Assembly (NCBI GenBank): GCA_047495785.1 | Contig: JBLDXI010000003.1 | Coordinates: 1,302,001-1,366,000, forward strand | Direction of reading: 5' to 3' | Length of the DNA: 64,000 nt | Origin: Lepidodermella squamata | Taxonomy: Eukaryota; Animalia; Gastrotricha | Part shown: positions 58,420-64,000 of the stretch, one piece after another | How positions within the stretch are numbered: the first letter of the stretch is position 1 | How the letters are laid out: the number at the start of each line of letters is the position of its first letter | The notes under the pieces: generated by a model | Told to the model about the DNA's origin: nothing | Databases searched by the model: none | What the model saw: only the letters and a program-made list of their open reading frames with translations | Position numbers and translations under genes: made by a program

Positions 58420-60245
58420 TTAGGACTGACCTGGTCGCGTTGACATCCGCAATCGGCTCCTGGCTGGGAATAACGCCGATGGGGGCGGGTTTAGGTCATC
58501 TGGTGGCGGCGGGTTGCGGATCAGTGAAGGTAGCCCGGAGTTGTCGGGTTGATTTGACTTCTTGGGGGTTCGGGATCTATCTCTTCCGGCTGCTTGGCTC
58601 AGATCGGCCATATCGATGGTTACGGGCGAAATTTGAGTTCCGTTGTCGTTTGTTACTGTCAGTTGTAGGCGATGCTGTTCGAACTTTGATGTTATCCACG
58701 CTTTAGAAAAAAAAGTACGAAATTTCAACGAAAATCAACGGAATAAAAACAATGAATAGCTTACAAGGAGGAACTGTGGTTGTGTCTTGTATTTCTTTCT
58801 CAAGTTGGCTGCAAAACAATTAAATTAAATTAATTAGGAATATTCGAATCAACTAGTTCAACGGAAGCCCAATTTTTGAAAACTTCAATGACCTCAGAGT
58901 GACCGGCAAATTTGCACCAATTTAAAAAGAACATCGTAGGCTTAAAAGGAAGCGGGTCTACTTAATTTGGTTTCGAACTTTGTTAATACAAGAGTGAATG
59001 AACTTGTGGTGACTAAGAAGCTGAGAAAGCTGTCAAACCCTTTACCTAAAATGTGGGGAAGGTCTAGAAATTTCTTTTCGAATATTAAATTTGTTTTATT
59101 AAATATTAAATTAAAGTAAATTAAATTAAATTTTATTAAATTAAATATTAAAAAACCTTTTTTAATTACCATAGAATTACGAATTGTCAACATTTTTCCA
59201 AGAATTACTATGATCGACCTCGACTAACTATGATTAATCAGCCCGATTTAGGACAATTCAATTAGCTTTGGGACAATTCCGAAAAATAATAGTTGAAGTC
59301 AAAAATAAGATTCTCGTTAAATTGGTGGAATTTCGTATCTTTGTAACTTTGGCTTGTTAACATGTTGAAGATTTCAGACTGAGCCACAATTTTCAGATTT
59401 ATCGCGAGGTTGATGAGCTGAATGGGATAAAAATTTAAATAAATTTGATCCAACCAGGTAAACCCCGAAAATTACCGAACCAGTTACCATCGGGGTTTTC
59501 AGGGTTTTCTCTGTAACATTTTCAATTTGTTCGGTAAAATCGGGGATAAAAGATGGAAGATTCCCCAATGGGCTTAATTTCAAAAAATTTCAAAATTAGA
59601 AACGGTTGCACAACTTATGGGACACGCCGCGCTCTAGACATGGATATTGACCTTACTAACCCACAAGCTTGAGAGTCTCTAATAAAGGGGGACCTCGATC
59701 ACTTACCCGGTATCTTTGACGAAATCTCGAAATTCGTCTTCACTCATCGTTTGAGCAGTAAGCCATTTGAAGAAGGTCTCCGAAGCCAGCAGGGCATACT
59801 GCCTCGCCCCGCTCTGGTACTGTTCCGCCTTTTCGCCCCATTTCAGCTTCATCTGAATCGCAATAAGCACCGCAGATACAGCCGAGACGCAGCCGCTGAA
59901 AACGCGCTGAAATTCCTCGTTATTATTAGCCGCGACATAGACAACGGCGACAGCACATTGCAGGCCCATAAGAGGTAGGAAGAATAGGAAGGTATCGAGT
60001 CGCCGGTAAAAAGTCGATGAGTAAGAGTAAGAGTGGCGCTTCTCGCGAAATCGGATGTACATGAAGGCAAGTAGGGTTGGCCTATCGCTAGTTCGGCCGG
60101 ATATGGCGACCGGGGGCGGTGGAGCGGAACGGTCGGCTGGCGGTAGGCCCGTGCTGATGTCTGGCACGTCGATGACCTTGACATAAGTAGATTCAACATC
60201 ATCGTCATCTATAGGCCGAAGTCGGGCTGAATCGGCGTAAGACAT
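58420..60245 (-). CDS. SLATT-domain (two-TM) protein; exons 60245-59707, 58808-58765, 58700-~58431 (ends uncertain)
   Basis: HSYSYSSTFYRRLD-TM1-loop-TM2(SGCVSAVSAVLIAIQ)-KLKWGEKAEQYQSGARQYALL fits the SLATT pattern; spliced continuation GQLEKEIQDTTTVPPSWI, then a Pro-rich tail. Confidence 0.72.
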
Positions 60246-61253
60246 TGTTTTGGGACGGTTAGGCAAGCGATTTGTTAATTATTCAGGTGTTAAATGCTTT
60301 CAAACTAAGCACTAGGTGAATGTAGCAGTTGTTAGAGGAAAGTATAGGTGAAATTGTTCAAGCAGGTTCACATCATACTCCAGAGGACTGAAGTCTCAGG
60401 GAACTCCGGGATCACTTCGAATTTTTTTTAATTTAATTTGAATTTTCTATAATTTTAATTTCAATCATTTTTCATGAGAGGTTGGAATTTCCCTCAAAAC
60501 TTGAAAAATCTCAGCTCTGGGAATTTTCGTTGAATTTTCCTAATTTAACGGGCGAAAATTGATTAAATTAAAAAAATACCATAAATTGAGGTAAATAATT
60601 AATTCATTCAAAACCTCGGCTGAAATAATTTTTTTATAATAAATTAAAAATTCAGCTTTATTTAAAAAAAATTGGAAAAATATTTCGAAAAGAATTTGAA
60701 ATTCAAAAATTGATTTGGAAAAAAATTGAAATTTTCAAAACTGGCAACTTGAGCTGTTTAAATTAATAAAAAATAAAATTAAGGAATAATTCGTTTAATA
60801 TGAGATATTTTTTCTCAATTCTCTCCGATTATTTCTTGATTTTCTTAAATTTAAAGAAATTATTGCCATTTTAGCGCATAGCTTTCAAAGCATGCTGGGA
60901 TCCTCATGCAAGGTTTCATACAATTTGGGCAATGAGAGGAATAGGAAAGTAAATGGAAGACACCAATAAGCTAAAGCCAACCTGTTCCAGCATCGAGTTG
61001 ATATTATCGTTCACCGCCTTGCAGATACCAAACATTCAGAAATTGATATTACGACAGACAAAAAATAACCAGGGAAAATATCACGCATAATATTTTCAAA
61101 TCAGAGTGATTCATAGGAGAGGTCACATTGCCAATTTTTTTTCATTCACCAAAATTAAAGCGTGTGCCGTAAAAGCGGAAGGGTGAAATGAAGCCGGAAT
61201 GTGTGAATTAATTGAAGCATGACTGGTGTTCAATGATGCGGAACAATTATTAC

Positions 61254-61397
61254 CTGGGTTATATTGGCTGATTTAGGTTGGAGGATGGGAGGTTTTTGTG
61301 CGCCAGAATCTGCTGCGGCAGAAGAGGGCCCTGGCTGGGGGCCTAATAAGGGAGTTTCCTCTGCTAAAGCAGTTTCAGCTTCATTAGGATTCGACAT
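61254..61397 (-). CDS. Probable coding exon (MSNPNEAETALAEETPLLGPQ...) of an unresolved minus-strand gene
   Basis: GC-richer 48-codon ATG-led segment in AT-rich DNA, ending at CAG|GTAAT and containing an acidic dileucine motif (EETPLL); next candidate exon near 61017. Confidence 0.4.
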
Positions 61398-62849
61398 CAC
61401 ATCGATAACAAAAATCTAAATAAAATAAAATATTAACAAAATTTGCATAAAATATGAAAAATTTAATTGAGAGATTATAAATAATTCGAAAATCAGGATA
61501 AAAAGTGAGGAAAAATTCAAGGTTTAAGGTTATCACTATCAAAAAATCAAGATGGATATATTAATCCTGTTTGTTTATTGCAATTCCTATTGTTATCTTG
61601 TTTTTTATAGATTGAAGTGACAGGTGATAAATGAGGCAATTGAGCGAGGGGTTAAAGATGCCTTTAACGGTCAAAATTGCATGGCGGCTGATGAGTTTTG
61701 GCAAAATTTGGCCCGTACTACTACGTTTCACGTCGGAGCTTACTGAATACAAAATATATGCGAGCACGTATATTATTATTGTGTAGCCGCGAAGAAAAAA
61801 CGCGCGCGCACAACTCGTAAATAACAACAAGCACGCATATAAAAATATACGTGCGCGCATCAAGCCACCTTAATCAAGTAAAAAATGGGCATTTTCACTT
61901 TTCAGATCGCGTAATTCGTGTTGTATATCAATCGATTCGTCTCAATTCGCTTAATCACAAGGTATATGTCTGAAAATACGCGATTTTTTCATATGAAACT
62001 CCTTTTTCACTTGTCAGCAAAGAAAAGGAGCGAAATGATGCGTTTGCCGCTAGTATATACGAAATTACTATGATGATTGTGCTGCTTGTAGTATATTTTA
62101 TTTACGCCTGTTGTTTATCTGCACCCGAGGAGGGAGCTCTTTGTAGTATAGTCGCGCTTTTCGCGCCCATTCAGCGGCAATAATCGAGCGGAAAGAGACT
62201 ATTTTTACGCTAAATTGCATCCGCCACCAAGTGCTATTCAAAGTTCCCAAGTGGGAAATAATTATTTATATTTTATTAAATCAATTATCAAGCAGTAAAC
62301 AATGAAAACTTATACGGAATTGTAAATATGGAATATAAGGAAAATTATCCTTATTTTTATTTCCATACTGTTGAAGGAAGAAAGTTGAAAAAATGAGTAA
62401 AATTTTTTCAATTTTGTTTCTGATTTTAAAAATATTTGTTCATATTTTTTTCAAAATTTTTTTATGAATTTCACATTTTTTTTTAATTTTTGGCATTATA
62501 TTCACACTGCAAGTCTTCAATGTAACAGATACTCTTAAAAAGACGAATTCTCTTCTTCAAACTTGAATGAAACATTTATCAAACAAATCAATGGGAAAAA
62601 ATGGAACAATCCTGCCTTTTTTGAAGTCAAGCGAGCAAAAAACCGAAATGGCGTGACGCGTTGCTAAGCAACAGACGCTTCAACGCAATGAAAGCAATGC
62701 CTCCACGCGAGCAATAAATATCTGATGAGAGAGCAATAGATAATAAAATGAAGGAAAAAAAATCGACCAATACACGTGAAACGCAAGCCTTTGCATATAC
62801 TAAAGCAATTCACACTTTATTCAAACTGGATTTTAAATCCTTTATTAGA

Positions 62850-63340
62850 ATGGCGTCAGACTTCAGTTTAAGTACGAACGAAAGGAATCCGATCAATTCA
62901 AATCGGGCCGTTTTTATCAGTTACAACTGCGTTCAGCGAAATTTGGTCATTCCGCTGTGCTCCAATCTAGTTCCAGCCCAGATTTTCCGTCATGTTTTCG
63001 CTGATTTTCAGAAAAACCCTGACGAAACGTCGGATAATTATGAACAGGCGATTCTTATCGCCGACTACGTCATCATTTTCTTCAGCAACGAGTATCGAAA
63101 TAGCAAGGCGTGTGAGGCTGAGGCGCGCATGATCATGCAACAACGGCGAGGTCCGACGTGTGTCGTTAAATTGTACCCGGCTTTCGATGATTCATCGCTT
63201 GTTGATGGGTTCAGCTTTGCGACTACGATTAGGCTGATGGCTAATGGCCAGAGTATCGATGACGCGGCTGTGGCGTTGACAATGGCTGTTAAGGAACACT
63301 TGGTCATTTTGCCAAATACGAGCCGCGAACAGCAGAAAAA
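62850..63340 (+). CDS. TIR-domain (TIR_2-type) protein, N-terminal exon; probably continues beyond the window
   Basis: VFISYN..., AILIADYVIIFFSNEYRNSKACEAE (S-x-x-C-x-x-E); splice donor AA|GTGAGT at 63341. Confidence 0.8.
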
Positions 63341-63717
63341 GTGAGTAAAAAATTCCCTAAAATTCCATGTTCTTGGGATTTTTTTCCTTCGAAGTCGAAG
63401 GCTATATAAGCGTCAATGAGTGGCAGTTTCAAAGCGTTCAATTTTCGAATCGACTAATTTCATGAAATTTTGAAACTTGCTACGATCGCTTTTAGTTTGC
63501 CTCAGCGAAGGGTGATGTTGGAATGGGAAACCTGTGAAATTTTCAGATTTGCAAGCATTTCCGAGTTGAAAATTAAAACAATGGGATTTTACCATCGGGA
63601 TCTTTCAAAAATAAAATTGAAATAAAAAACGGGGTGATTACAACGAAAATAGATTTTTAGAAATAAATGATCAACTACTTATTTCTAATAAAATGTTGCA
63701 TAATTATTTGTCTCTGA

Positions 63718-63761
63718 AATATAATAATAATAATAATAATAGTAATAATAATAATAATAAT
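63718..63761. repeat. (AAT)n microsatellite
   Basis: About 14 AAT units with one interruption. Confidence 0.9.
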
Positions 63762-64000
63762 CAGGGCACTTGAAATTCAGGTAAAAAGTTCAAATAATAA
63801 GGGAACCTCGTTTTCCAAAATAAATTCCAAAATTTTCCAAAAAATTGAAATCCCGTCTTTGCTTCATAATTTGTCACCAAAGGGTCATCCTAACATGGTT
63901 CAACTTTCAATGGCTTCGATTGCCCGGGATAATCCGATGAAAAAGAGAAAAATTCTCAAAATATACCTGCAAGCTGGGAAAAATATTGCTAATTTTTGTT

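Noticed and set aside
62748-62849. N-terminal 34 aa of the ORF-track TIR protein
   Set aside because: AT-rich and ends in a TTTATTAG acceptor-like site just before ATG 62850; probably intron or UTR.

Overview
Genomic DNA of an invertebrate animal, species not identifiable from sequence alone. It has GT-AG introns (often about 50-60 nt), a metazoan-type tryptophan 2,3-dioxygenase, a clan-2-like CYP, Cys-loop receptors and Ly6 proteins. The 3' end of TDO (left) and AT-rich SLATT/TIR genes (right) flank a dense cluster of locally duplicated secreted and cell-surface genes. These are: six intact plus two decayed, essentially intronless PQQ/BamB-like beta-propeller genes (soluble and GPI-type forms); three near-identical copies of a 134-aa secreted two-Cys protein resembling anti-lipopolysaccharide factors; three compact Cys-loop channel subunits with unusual motif combinations; four signal-peptide-bearing ankyrin genes (one a Sushi-Sushi-ankyrin fusion); an intron-containing KdsD/KpsF-type arabinose-5-phosphate isomerase; an intronless secreted amidase; and two Ly6 genes. 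Several look bacterial in origin and several relate to bacterial surfaces, suggesting a host-microbe interface island (inference). Mobile DNA comprises a 5'-truncated L2/CR1-like LINE, hAT-type MITEs with 8-bp TSDs (one only 32 bp, one inside a coding exon, one nested in another element's TIR) and TA-flanked Tc1/mariner-type elements. Exon structures were reconstructed by eye and need RNA confirmation.
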